NCBI GenBank assembly: GCA_937889595.1
Contig: CALAOR010000089.1
Location: forward strand, 28,548-92,547
Reading direction: 5' to 3'
Length of the DNA: 64,000 nucleotides
From: an uncultured bacterium
GTDB taxonomy: Bacteria > Oederibacteriota > PGYV01 > Palsa-1178
The stretch's first letter is position 1. Each line of letters begins with the position of its first letter. Below, one piece after another: positions 50,425-59,630 of the stretch. Under the pieces are notes generated by a model. It saw nothing but the letters and a program-made list of their open reading frames with translations. It did no database searches and was not told the DNA's origin. The position numbers and the translations under genes are program-made.

Positions 50425-51462
50425 ATGAAAAGCATGGATTTAAGGTGTTTTACCCGGGACGAAATAAAGGAAATAATGGTTTTAATGGAACAGCCCAAAT
50501 ACAGGGGCGACCAGGTATTTGAGTGGCTATTCAAAGGCGCGGAAAGTATAGACGATATGAAGACGATATCGAAAGACCTAAAAGATACCCTTAAAAAAGA
50601 GGGGTATTACCTGAGCTGTCTTAGGACCGTTAAAAGGATAGAGTCGGCGATAGACGGCACGGTTAAGTTCCTTTTTGAGCTTGAAGACAAGGAACGCATA
50701 GAAAGCGTGGTTTTGCCCGACAAAGAACGCACCACGCTCTGCATATCTTCCCAGGTGGGCTGCGCGTGCGCCTGCGCTTTCTGCGCCACGGGCTCCATAG
50801 GATTTAAAAGGGACCTGACAACGGGCGAGATCGTGGACCAGTTCATATGGGCGCAGAAGGAAACGGGGATAAAAATTGACAATGTGGTTTTTATGGGAAT
50901 GGGCGAGCCCATGCTTAACTGGGAAAATGTAAAGAAAGCCATTTTCATTTTAAATGATGAGAAGGGATTTCACTTTGCCCAGCTCAGGGTAACGGTTTCA
51001 ACTATAGGCATTTTGCCGGCGATCAAGGAAATGGCTGACAAGGACTACAGGTTTGGGCTGGCTGTTTCCATTATAACCGCCAATGACGAAGTCAGGTCAA
51101 AACTCATCCCAATGAACAAGGCATACCCGCTGGCGGAGATCGTGAAAATGGCAAGGTACTATACTACAAAAACAGAAAGGACCATAATGTTCGAATATCC
51201 CATATTCGCGGGGATTAATGATTCCATAAAAGACGCTGACGCATTTTACAAAATGATGCGCGGCATAGACTATAAGGTAAACCTTATCCCTTATAACAGC
51301 GTGGTTGGCAGGGAATACACAAAGCCCGAGATAGACAAGGTAAAGGCATTCCAGAAACACCTTATGGAAAAAGGCGTTAAGATATTCATAAGGAAGGAAA
51401 AAGGCTCGGACATAGCCGGCGCGTGCGGACAGCTGGCCGGGGCGATTGAGTATAAGGAATAA
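50425..51462 (+). CDS. rlmN: 23S rRNA/tRNA m2A methyltransferase RlmN (radical SAM)
   Basis: The CISSQVGCACACAFCATG cluster, DNVVFMGMGEPMLN and the C-terminal GSDIAGACGQL block are present. Confidence 0.85.
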   Translation: MKSMDLRCFTRDEIKEIMVLMEQPKYRGDQVFEWLFKGAESIDDMKTISKDLKDTLKKEGYYLSCLRTVKRIESAIDGTVKFLFELEDKERIESVVLPDKERTTLCISSQVGCACACAFCATGSIGFKRDLTTGEIVDQFIWAQKETGIKIDNVVFMGMGEPMLNWENVKKAIFILNDEKGFHFAQLRVTVSTIGILPAIKEMADKDYRFGLAVSIITANDEVRSKLIPMNKAYPLAEIVKMARYYTTKTERTIMFEYPIFAGINDSIKDADAFYKMMRGIDYKVNLIPYNSVVGREYTKPEIDKVKAFQKHLMEKGVKIFIRKEKGSDIAGACGQLAGAIEYKE

Positions 51463-51603
51463 GGGTTGAGGAGTGAGGCGTTTTGATTAATCCCGGATTA
51501 TTGCCAATTTATCAAAAAACCAAAATAGCCTTGACTTTTTAAGTCAAAAGAGTAGAATAATCAAATAATGTTCTAAAAAAATATTTTATATAAGGAGGGT
51601 GGC

Positions 51604-52902
51604 ATGAGGAGAGGTTTTCTAATTTTATTGGCAGTTTTATCGGTTTTAACCATTGTATTCCTTGCGGGGTGCAAAGGGGGATTGAGTCTTGGCGGTACAA
51701 CGCTCAGGTTCATGTACTGGGGAGACACAAGTGAAATAACGATAATCAAGGAAATGGTAACGAAATTCGAGAAAGAGACCGGAGTAAAGGTGAGCGCGGA
51801 AAGAGCGCCGTCAGGCCCTCCTTACATGGAAAAAGTCCTCACTCAGTTCGCGGGCGGCTCGGCACCGGATGTTCTTTTCGTCGAGGTAAATAACTTCAAG
51901 GAATTCGCGTCCAAAGGTGTCCTTGAAGACCTGACGCCTTATATTGAAAAGGACCCGAATCTTAAGACTACCGACTTCTATCCGGAAATCATCGACAGGT
52001 TTACCGTGGGAAAAAGCCTATATGTATTGCCGCGTGACATCGCGCCCATATGCTGTGTTTACTACAACAAAAATATGTTCAACGAATCAGGCGTAAAGTA
52101 CCCGACCGACAACTGGAACTGGAACGACCTTTTAAGGCTGGCCAAGAAATTCGTCAAAAAAGATTCTAACGGAATACCCATACAGTACGGATATGTGGAT
52201 GACTGGCCGATCTGGGAAGCGTTTGTTTACTCCAACGGCGGCGCCATGGTTGATAATGTAAAGGACCCGAAGAAATGCGTTATGGACAGTAAGGCCGTGA
52301 TCGAGGCGGTGCAGTTCAGGTCGGATATGATAAATAAATGGGGAGTTGTGCCTTCGCCTTCACAGATGACAGCCATGGGAGGCATGGGAACCGGCGACAT
52401 GTTTGTGTCGGGCAGGGTCGCGATGTTTTTCTCCGGGCTGTGGAAGACCCCTATTTTCAGGGAACAGATCAAGGGATTTGACTGGGATGTAGTAATGTTC
52501 CCGACGAACCCCAAGGGAATAAGGGCGTTCCCGACCGGCGGTTCGGGATATGCCATAGTCAAGTCAGCCAAGAACAAAGCAATGGCATGGAAGCTTGTAA
52601 CTTACCTCGCGGGCGTTGAAGGTCAGAAAAAGCTCGCGGCAACAGGCCTTTCGCAGCCGGCAATGAAAAAGATAGCCGAGTCCAAGCTGTTCCTCGACGG
52701 ATTAAAGCCGCTTCACAAAGACATGCTTTTGAGAGCGGTTAAGTACGTGAAATTCGCGCCACTCATGCCGGAATGGGAAGAGATCAACGTATCCATGATA
52801 GCCCCGGCATTTGATAAGATATGGAACGGCAAGGAAAAAGCAGCGCCGGTATTGAAAAGAGTAGTCCCGGAAATCAACGCCAATTATTTCAGCGAAAAAT
52901 AG
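51604..52902 (+). CDS. Carbohydrate ABC transporter substrate-binding lipoprotein (family 1 SBP)
   Basis: A lipobox (LAGCKGG) is present; the protein is 432 aa with a sugar-SBP-like sequence. Confidence 0.7.
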   Translation: MRRGFLILLAVLSVLTIVFLAGCKGGLSLGGTTLRFMYWGDTSEITIIKEMVTKFEKETGVKVSAERAPSGPPYMEKVLTQFAGGSAPDVLFVEVNNFKEFASKGVLEDLTPYIEKDPNLKTTDFYPEIIDRFTVGKSLYVLPRDIAPICCVYYNKNMFNESGVKYPTDNWNWNDLLRLAKKFVKKDSNGIPIQYGYVDDWPIWEAFVYSNGGAMVDNVKDPKKCVMDSKAVIEAVQFRSDMINKWGVVPSPSQMTAMGGMGTGDMFVSGRVAMFFSGLWKTPIFREQIKGFDWDVVMFPTNPKGIRAFPTGGSGYAIVKSAKNKAMAWKLVTYLAGVEGQKKLAATGLSQPAMKKIAESKLFLDGLKPLHKDMLLRAVKYVKFAPLMPEWEEINVSMIAPAFDKIWNGKEKAAPVLKRVVPEINANYFSEK

Positions 52903-52918
52903 TTTTTAATATATATTT

Positions 52919-52947
52919 AAACCCGCGGCGCGCAGGCCCGCGGGTTT
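52919..52947 (+). terminator. Intra-operon hairpin between the SBP and permease genes (partial terminator/attenuator)
   Basis: The stem is aaacccgcggcgcgcaggcccgcgggttt. Confidence 0.5.
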
Positions 52948-53043
52948 AAAAGCAATCATAGAAATAAAATAATAAATACTGATCCTAAAAGCCGCGGATA
53001 ATTTAAGGCGGCGGGTAAAATAAACAAACCCGGAGGAATTTAA

Positions 53044-53964
53044 ATGGAGAAAGCCATTAAAAGAAGCAAGTTGAAAATGTCCACACAGGATGCAATCTGG
53101 GGATATGTGTTTTTGAGCCCCTGGATACTCGGCATGATCTTTTTCACGGGCGGACCCATCATCGCGTCTTTGATACTGTCTTTCTGCGACTGGGACCTGA
53201 TAACCCCTCCCAAGATAATCGGGTTCGGGAACTTTATCAAGATGTTCTCCGACTCGAGATTTTTAAACAGCATGTTCAACACATTTTATTATACGGTATT
53301 TTCAGTGCCGATAGGCATAATCGGCTCCATTATGGTCGCCCTGCTTATGAACCAAAAATGGAAGACCGTAAGGCTCCTTCGCACCATCTATTATCTGCCT
53401 TCGGTTACGGCGGGTGTGGCGTCGGCAATCATATGGATGTGGCTGTTAAACCCTGATTTTGGACTTATCAATTACGGTCTGTCATTACTCGGGGTAACCG
53501 GCCCCAAGTGGATGGCCGATGAAGTATGGGCCAAACCCGCCATAATTATCATGAGCCTCTGGGGCGTCGGCGGAAACATGATAATATATTTAGCTGGGCT
53601 CCAGGGAATACCGCGGCAGCTATACGAGGCGGCGGACATAGACGGCGCGGGTATGGTTGATAAGTTCAGGTATGTCACGCTTCCCATGTTAACGCCGGTA
53701 ATATTTTTCAACCTGATAATGAGCGTAGTGGCTTCATTCCAGATATTTACGCAGGTGTACGTCTTGACGGGCGGACAGGGCGGTCCGGCGGACTCCACCC
53801 TCGTTATGGTGCTATATATATACCAGCAGGCCTTTAAGTTCCACAATATGGGCTATGCTTCGGCTATTGCCTGGATCCTGTTCATAATCATACTGATATT
53901 CACGCTCCTGCAGTTTAAGATAGCGGGCGGCTGGGTGCATTACGAGGGAGAACTGAAGAAATAA
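53044..53964 (+). CDS. Carbohydrate ABC transporter permease (MalF/UgpA-like)
   Basis: Six TM helices are predicted. The EAA-loop region reads YEAADIDGAGMVDKFRYVTLP. Confidence 0.75.
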   Translation: MEKAIKRSKLKMSTQDAIWGYVFLSPWILGMIFFTGGPIIASLILSFCDWDLITPPKIIGFGNFIKMFSDSRFLNSMFNTFYYTVFSVPIGIIGSIMVALLMNQKWKTVRLLRTIYYLPSVTAGVASAIIWMWLLNPDFGLINYGLSLLGVTGPKWMADEVWAKPAIIIMSLWGVGGNMIIYLAGLQGIPRQLYEAADIDGAGMVDKFRYVTLPMLTPVIFFNLIMSVVASFQIFTQVYVLTGGQGGPADSTLVMVLYIYQQAFKFHNMGYASAIAWILFIIILIFTLLQFKIAGGWVHYEGELKK

Positions 53965-53999
53965 TCTGAATTTTAAAATTATAACCGGAGGTTTGCAAT

Positions 54000-55235
54000 A
54001 TGGCGAAAAAAAGTGCGGGTTTTTTTGAAAGCCAGAAGTTACAGGCGGGCATAACAAGCTGGATTTTATATATCATAGCATGGTGCGGCGCGATTGTTTT
54101 TGTTATTCCGCTTGTGTGGATGATAACCACGTCGCTCAAAGCGCCTGACCAGATATTCACGAATCCTCCAAAATGGCTGCCGTATTCACAGCTTTTTTTG
54201 ACGTATGAAACCAAGATACTGGCCAGGAACGACGGTAAAATAAAACTTACCACGGATGCAGACGGGACAAAAAGAATAGACCTTGGCGGATACAGCCATG
54301 TAATCCCGGCTATAGCCGAGCTTAAGGTCAGGAAAAATGACAGGGTAGTGAAAGGCGACGTGATTGCTACAATTCCCGCAAAGGGCAAAGTGGGAATAAT
54401 TGAAAAAGCGAACAAGACAAAGATCATAACTATTACAGATAAAACAGGCAGGCTTATCAAGGAGTTTCAGATATCCGAGGATACCAAAGCTGTGGTTAAA
54501 GACGGTGACACGGTAAGCGAGGGGGATAAAATCGCGGATGTATGGCCCCAGTGGTCAAACTACGCAAAAGCCTGGGCCCCGAAGGCGCTCGACGAGACAT
54601 TTACCAAGTATCTAATGAACACCCTGATAATCACGATAACAGGCATTATAGGAGTATTGCTAAGTTCGACTTTTGTCGCGTATGGTTTTGCAAGGTTTAA
54701 ATTCCCTTACAGGGACGAGCTTTTCCTTATTATGGTATCCACCATGATGATACCTGCGCAGGTAACCATGATCCCGAATTTCTTTCTTTTTAAGTCCCTG
54801 GGGTGGATCGATACATTTGCCCCGCTGATCGTGCCGACATTCTTCGGAGGCGGCGCTTTCAACATATTCTTAATGAGACAGTTCCTGATGACCATACCCA
54901 CAGAGCTTGACGAAGCCGCGAAAATAGACGGCTGCAACTACCTCCAGATATTCTGGATAATACTTGTGCCGCTGGTCAAGCCGGCTATGGCAACAACAGC
55001 AATATTCGGATTTGTATATAACTGGAATGATTTTATGAATCCCTTGATTTACTTGAACAGCACTTCCAATTACACGCTCGCGCTCGGCCTGCAGACATTC
55101 ACCACCATGTACGGCACGAATTATGACCTTATGATGGCAGCGTCCACAATAGTCCTCCTGCCGATACTTATAATATTTTTCTTCGGCCAGAGATTCTTCA
55201 TAGAGGGCGTGGCAACAAGCGGATTAAAAGGCTGA
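54000..55235 (+). CDS. Carbohydrate ABC transporter permease (MalG/UgpE-like) with a ~130-aa periplasmic insertion resembling lipoyl/barrel-sandwich hybrid domains
   Basis: The EAA loop reads ELDEAAKIDGCNYLQIFWIILVP. Between TM1 and TM2 lie the repeats KVRKNDRVVKGDVIATI and VKDGDTVSEGDKIADV. Confidence 0.7.
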   Translation: MAKKSAGFFESQKLQAGITSWILYIIAWCGAIVFVIPLVWMITTSLKAPDQIFTNPPKWLPYSQLFLTYETKILARNDGKIKLTTDADGTKRIDLGGYSHVIPAIAELKVRKNDRVVKGDVIATIPAKGKVGIIEKANKTKIITITDKTGRLIKEFQISEDTKAVVKDGDTVSEGDKIADVWPQWSNYAKAWAPKALDETFTKYLMNTLIITITGIIGVLLSSTFVAYGFARFKFPYRDELFLIMVSTMMIPAQVTMIPNFFLFKSLGWIDTFAPLIVPTFFGGGAFNIFLMRQFLMTIPTELDEAAKIDGCNYLQIFWIILVPLVKPAMATTAIFGFVYNWNDFMNPLIYLNSTSNYTLALGLQTFTTMYGTNYDLMMAASTIVLLPILIIFFFGQRFFIEGVATSGLKG

Positions 55236-55260
55236 TTATTCAATAACAATTTATGACATA

Positions 55261-55295
55261 AGGGCCCTCTCTTTAATTGGAGAGGGCCTTTTCTT
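55261..55295 (+). terminator. Rho-independent terminator after the ABC permease genes
   Basis: The hairpin agggccctctctttaattggagagggcct is followed by a T-run. Confidence 0.65.
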
Positions 55296-55296
55296 T

Positions 55297-55405
55297 TGAT
55301 GACTGTTTGCTTTGAGGAGCCTCGGCGACGAAAAGCAATTACAGTCATCAATCCCCGGTCAAGTCCCCGCCTACTGGCGGGGACGAGCGGGATAATATAA
55401 TAGTC
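55297..55405. repeat. Structured intergenic repeat element, copy 2 (homologous to 34083..34270)
   Basis: The hairpins ttgatgactgtttgc...caattacagtcatcaa and gtccccgcctactggcggggac are followed by cgagcgggataatataatagt. Confidence 0.7.
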
Positions 55406-55540
55406 AAAAGCGCGAGATAGTAGATAGTAGAAAAGCAAATGCAAATGTAGAGGCGGGACTTAAGCCCGCCCAACGCAACGTGGCAAGGCAAGGCGGGCGC
55501 GCTTTCGTCGCGCCCCTACGCAGGCAAAAAAAGAGGGAAA

Positions 55541-56512
55541 ATGAAACAATACATACTAAAACGGCTTCTGCTTATAATTCCTGTCCTTATCGGTATCACC
55601 GTAATCACTTTTGCCATCGTCCATCTGACCCCCGGCGGGTTTGTACGGTCCAATATGGAGATGAATGTCAAAGTATCGCCTGATTCCATGGAAAGGCTTA
55701 AAGTGCTTTACGGGCTGGACAGGCCGCTTTATGAACAGTATTTCAAATGGCTATGGCGTTTTGTGCGCTTTGATTTCGGGGAATCATTTATAGACAACAG
55801 GCCCGTTCTTGATAAGGTTTTAGAAAGGCTTCCTGCCACGCTTTTGCTGAACATTGTATCTTTAACCGTCATATTTTTCCTCGGTATTATTATCGGTGTC
55901 ACATCGGCGCTGAAAAGAAACAGTTTTTACGATCGTTTCATGACGCTTTTTACCTTCATAGGTTATTCTGTCCCTGCTTTCTGGCTGGCTTTGATACTAA
56001 TGATGGTATTCGCGGTTAAGTGGCCCATACTGCCCGTATCAGGCATTACTTCCTTTAATTTTGACATGATGTCCGCAGGCGAGCAGGCACTGGACGTCAT
56101 GTGGCACCTCATACTTCCAGTATTTATAACGGCATTTGGCGGGCTTGCTTACATTTCCCGGTATGTGAAATCCAGCATGATCGAATCACTGACCCAGCAA
56201 TACACAATAGCCGCATACGCCAAGGGACTTCCCGAAAACCGGATCATATATAAAAATGCGCTTAAAAACAGCCTGCTTCCGGTAATCACACTTCTGGGGC
56301 TGTCTCTGCCGGGTTTGATAGGAGGGAGTTTCATATTTGAAACAATTTTTGCCTGGCCGGGCATGGGAAGGCTCGCTTATGAATCAGCCATGACATTTGA
56401 TTACCCGGTTATCATGGGCACGGTCACTATGGCCGCGTTTCTCACGCTTTTGGGGAATTTAATTGCCGACATATCTTACGCGCTTGTTGACCCGCGCATC
56501 AGGTACAGGTAG
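55541..56512 (+). CDS. Peptide/nickel-type ABC transporter permease (OppB/DppB-like)
   Basis: It has an N-terminal TM segment plus an EAA-containing permease domain; length is 323 aa. Confidence 0.75.
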   Translation: MKQYILKRLLLIIPVLIGITVITFAIVHLTPGGFVRSNMEMNVKVSPDSMERLKVLYGLDRPLYEQYFKWLWRFVRFDFGESFIDNRPVLDKVLERLPATLLLNIVSLTVIFFLGIIIGVTSALKRNSFYDRFMTLFTFIGYSVPAFWLALILMMVFAVKWPILPVSGITSFNFDMMSAGEQALDVMWHLILPVFITAFGGLAYISRYVKSSMIESLTQQYTIAAYAKGLPENRIIYKNALKNSLLPVITLLGLSLPGLIGGSFIFETIFAWPGMGRLAYESAMTFDYPVIMGTVTMAAFLTLLGNLIADISYALVDPRIRYR

Positions 56513-56520
56513 GCGGATAT

Positions 56521-57333
56521 ATGAATAAAATGATAATAACCGGCGCAGCGGCCGCTATATTCCTGATACTTGCCGCGTTATCCGCGCCTTTGCTCACATC
56601 ATATGATTATAAGGCCCAGGACCTGAATATCAGGCTTGCCCCGCCGGATGCAAAACACATATTCGGCACTGATGAGCTCGGCCGTGATGTATTCTCGCGC
56701 ATGCTTTACGGCGCGCGCGTTTCCATGACAGTCGGAATAATCGCGGTGCTGATATCCGCCGTCATAGGCATCCTGTTCGGGGCCGTGGCGGGATTTTTCG
56801 GAGGGTTTATAGATAACATAATAATGCGTTTCGTGGACATCATGCTGACCATACCCACGCTTTTCTTAATACTTATGCTCATAGTGTTTTTAGGGCCCTC
56901 AATAGTCAATGTAATGATAATAATAGGGCTCACGTCATGGACCGACATAGCAAGGCTTATCAGGGCCGAGGTTATGTCCGTAAAAAAGCTGGCTTATGTC
57001 GATGCGGCCAGGCTGATCGGTTTAAAAAGGCGGACAATAATACTCAAACACATCATGCCGAACATACTCGGGCCCGTATTTGTCTATATGACTTTCGGCA
57101 TATCAGGGGCCATACTGACCGAATCAGGGCTGTCCTTTTTGGGGCTCGGCGTGCAGCCGCCTTACCCGAGCTGGGGCAATATCTTAACCGCGGGAAAAGA
57201 CTACATACACACGGCCTGGTGGATGGTTTTTTATCCCGGGCTCGCCATATTTCTCGCTGTCTTTTCATATAATATTCTCGGTGAGGGGCTCAGGGATTAT
57301 TTTAACCCCAGGCTGAAAAGGGAAAATAAATGA
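56521..57333 (+). CDS. Peptide/nickel-type ABC transporter permease (OppC/DppC-like)
   Basis: It is a 270-aa permease in the expected operon position. Confidence 0.7.
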   Translation: MNKMIITGAAAAIFLILAALSAPLLTSYDYKAQDLNIRLAPPDAKHIFGTDELGRDVFSRMLYGARVSMTVGIIAVLISAVIGILFGAVAGFFGGFIDNIIMRFVDIMLTIPTLFLILMLIVFLGPSIVNVMIIIGLTSWTDIARLIRAEVMSVKKLAYVDAARLIGLKRRTIILKHIMPNILGPVFVYMTFGISGAILTESGLSFLGLGVQPPYPSWGNILTAGKDYIHTAWWMVFYPGLAIFLAVFSYNILGEGLRDYFNPRLKRENK

Positions 57334-58295
57334 GCATAATAGAGATTAAATCATTAAGCGTTGATTACGCGCTCGGGCAAAACGGGGTGCTGCATGCTTT
57401 AAGAAACGTGAACCTTGAAGTTAACGCAGGTGAATCCATCGCAATTGTAGGGGAATCAGGCTGCGGCAAGTCGACTTTTGCCTCATCGCTTGTAAAACTC
57501 CTGGCTTTAAACTCAAAGGCGGCGGGTCAAGTGCTTATAGATGGCAACGATGTATTAGCCATGACAAACAGGGAGCTTGAGGCGATCAGGGGCGTGAAAG
57601 CAGGGACCATATTCCAGGATCCGGCAGCCTCGCTTAACCCCGTATTTTCGGTTAAAGAACAGATAGAAGAGACCATAACCGCGCATTTAAAAGTAAGGGA
57701 TAAAGTGGAGCTGAAGCAAAGGGCAATAAAACTGCTTGAAGAAACAGGCATTAAGGAAACGCAAAGGGTATATGAGGCATACCCCCACCAGCTCTCTGGC
57801 GGACAACAGCAGCGTGTCATGACCGCGATAGCCTTGTCATGCTCGCCAAAAATACTTATAGCGGACGAACCAACCACGGCCCTTGACGTCACGGTCCAGG
57901 CACAGATAATAGCGCTGTTAAAAAGGCTCAAAAAAGAGCGCAACCTTACCCTGATCCTCATCACCCATGACCTGCATCTCGCGCTTGATCTGTGCGCGAG
58001 GATCATAGTCATGTATGCCGGCGAGGTAGTGGAGGACGCTGAAATAAAAAGTGAAACAGATTCAAAACACCCGTACACAAGGGCTTTATTTGAGATAATA
58101 CCCGATATAAACGAGGATAGGCATGAGTTCTCGGTCATACCCGGGGAAGTCCCAGAACTAAAGACGGTAATGAACGAGTGTTATTTCAGGAACAGGTGCG
58201 TAAAGGCGGGAAAAAAATGCAGCGAATCCCACCCCGAAATGGAAAACGGGGTAAGGTGTTTTTATCCGTACACAAAAGGAAGGCTCAAAGCATAA
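57330..58295 (+). CDS. Peptide ABC transporter ATP-binding protein (OppD-like)
   Basis: Walker A GESGCGKST and signature LSGGQQQRV are present, with a C-terminal oligopeptide-transporter extension. Confidence 0.8.
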   Translation: MSIIEIKSLSVDYALGQNGVLHALRNVNLEVNAGESIAIVGESGCGKSTFASSLVKLLALNSKAAGQVLIDGNDVLAMTNRELEAIRGVKAGTIFQDPAASLNPVFSVKEQIEETITAHLKVRDKVELKQRAIKLLEETGIKETQRVYEAYPHQLSGGQQQRVMTAIALSCSPKILIADEPTTALDVTVQAQIIALLKRLKKERNLTLILITHDLHLALDLCARIIVMYAGEVVEDAEIKSETDSKHPYTRALFEIIPDINEDRHEFSVIPGEVPELKTVMNECYFRNRCVKAGKKCSESHPEMENGVRCFYPYTKGRLKA

Positions 58296-59086
58296 TGCTG
58301 AAGGTTACAGGGTTAAAAAAGGTTTTCAGGGTTGAAAAAATGTTTGGCGCGGGCAAAACCGAGATTGCGGCAATAGACGGGGTTTCGTTTGAGGCCAAAG
58401 AAGGCAGTATCCTGGCCATTGTGGGCGAGTCGGGTTCGGGAAAAACAACTATCGCGCGCTGTCTTGCAGGGATAGAAACGCCGGACGGGGGCGAAATGGT
58501 ATATAACGGCAATAAACTTGAATTTGACACAAAAGAAAAAAGAGCCGCTGTGCAGTATGTTTTTCAAGACACATTCGGCTCCTTAAATCCAAGGATGAAG
58601 ATCAGGGACGCCATAGCAGAACCCATAGAATTTCATTTCGGCAAAAAATCCGCGGATTTGCGGACGAGCGTCGATGCATGCCTTGAAAGCGTGGGGATAA
58701 AGGCGGAAACAGGTAATAAATACCCGCATGAATTGTCGGGCGGCCAGAGGCAGAGGGTGGTAATCGCAAGGGCGCTTTCCATGAACCCGCGGCTGTTAAT
58801 CGCGGACGAGCCAGTGTCTTCGCTTGATGTCTCGGTGCAGGCGCAGATACTCTCGCTTTTCCAGAAACTCAACAGGGAAAAAGGCATAAGCATTATTTTT
58901 ATCACGCATGACCTGCGTATAGTAAAAAGCCTGGCTCATGATATAATAGTCCTGAAAAACGGGAAGATAGAGGAACGAGGCGGTGTTGCAGATGTTTACA
59001 GGGAACCTAAAAGCCCCTATACAAGGCTGCTGCTGTCCTCAATACCGGGAAATCAGGCCGGATCAGAAAAAATACACGGGAGTTAA
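58295..59086 (+). CDS. Peptide ABC transporter ATP-binding protein (OppF-like)
   Basis: Walker A GESGSGKTT and signature LSGGQRQRV are present. Start ATG 58295 overlaps the previous stop. Confidence 0.8.
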   Translation: MLKVTGLKKVFRVEKMFGAGKTEIAAIDGVSFEAKEGSILAIVGESGSGKTTIARCLAGIETPDGGEMVYNGNKLEFDTKEKRAAVQYVFQDTFGSLNPRMKIRDAIAEPIEFHFGKKSADLRTSVDACLESVGIKAETGNKYPHELSGGQRQRVVIARALSMNPRLLIADEPVSSLDVSVQAQILSLFQKLNREKGISIIFITHDLRIVKSLAHDIIVLKNGKIEERGGVADVYREPKSPYTRLLLSSIPGNQAGSEKIHGS

Positions 59087-59088
59087 AT

Positions 59089-59589
59089 ATGCCTTTTACG
59101 CCTTATCATGCCGGTCCAAACGGTTTGATCGGATTGGTCCTGTACAGGTGGGTGAACCTGCCCGCGATAATACTCGTAAATATCGCGATGGACCTGGAGC
59201 CGCTTGTTGTTATTGTGTTCAGGATAAATAAATATCCCGAACACGGTTTTATTCATTCGTTTGGCGGGGCTTTGATAATAGGCCTTCTTTTTGCGGTATT
59301 TTATGAACGGATAAAAAAACCAATAGGCGCGGCAATGGCTGCGGCCGGATTGAAACAGGGCAATTCCTTATTGTCAATTATACTGGGGTCAATATTAGGC
59401 AGCGGCATTCATGTGGTTCTTGACTCTTTCATGTACAGGGACATAATGCCTTTTTATCCCAGCGACTACAACCCGTTTTACGGGGTATTCACGCCTTCTG
59501 AAGTGAGGATACTCTGCCTTATATGCGCCGGGATATCGGTTTTGATTTATGCGGGTAAAATGATTTTTAAGACAAGACTAAAAAAATAA
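59089..59589 (+). CDS. Small polytopic membrane protein of unknown function
   Basis: 166 aa with four to five hydrophobic helices. Confidence 0.4.
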   Translation: MPFTPYHAGPNGLIGLVLYRWVNLPAIILVNIAMDLEPLVVIVFRINKYPEHGFIHSFGGALIIGLLFAVFYERIKKPIGAAMAAAGLKQGNSLLSIILGSILGSGIHVVLDSFMYRDIMPFYPSDYNPFYGVFTPSEVRILCLICAGISVLIYAGKMIFKTRLKK

Positions 59590-59630
59590 GGCAGGGTAAG
59601 GAGTAAGGGTGAGGAGGAAGGGGTATTATA

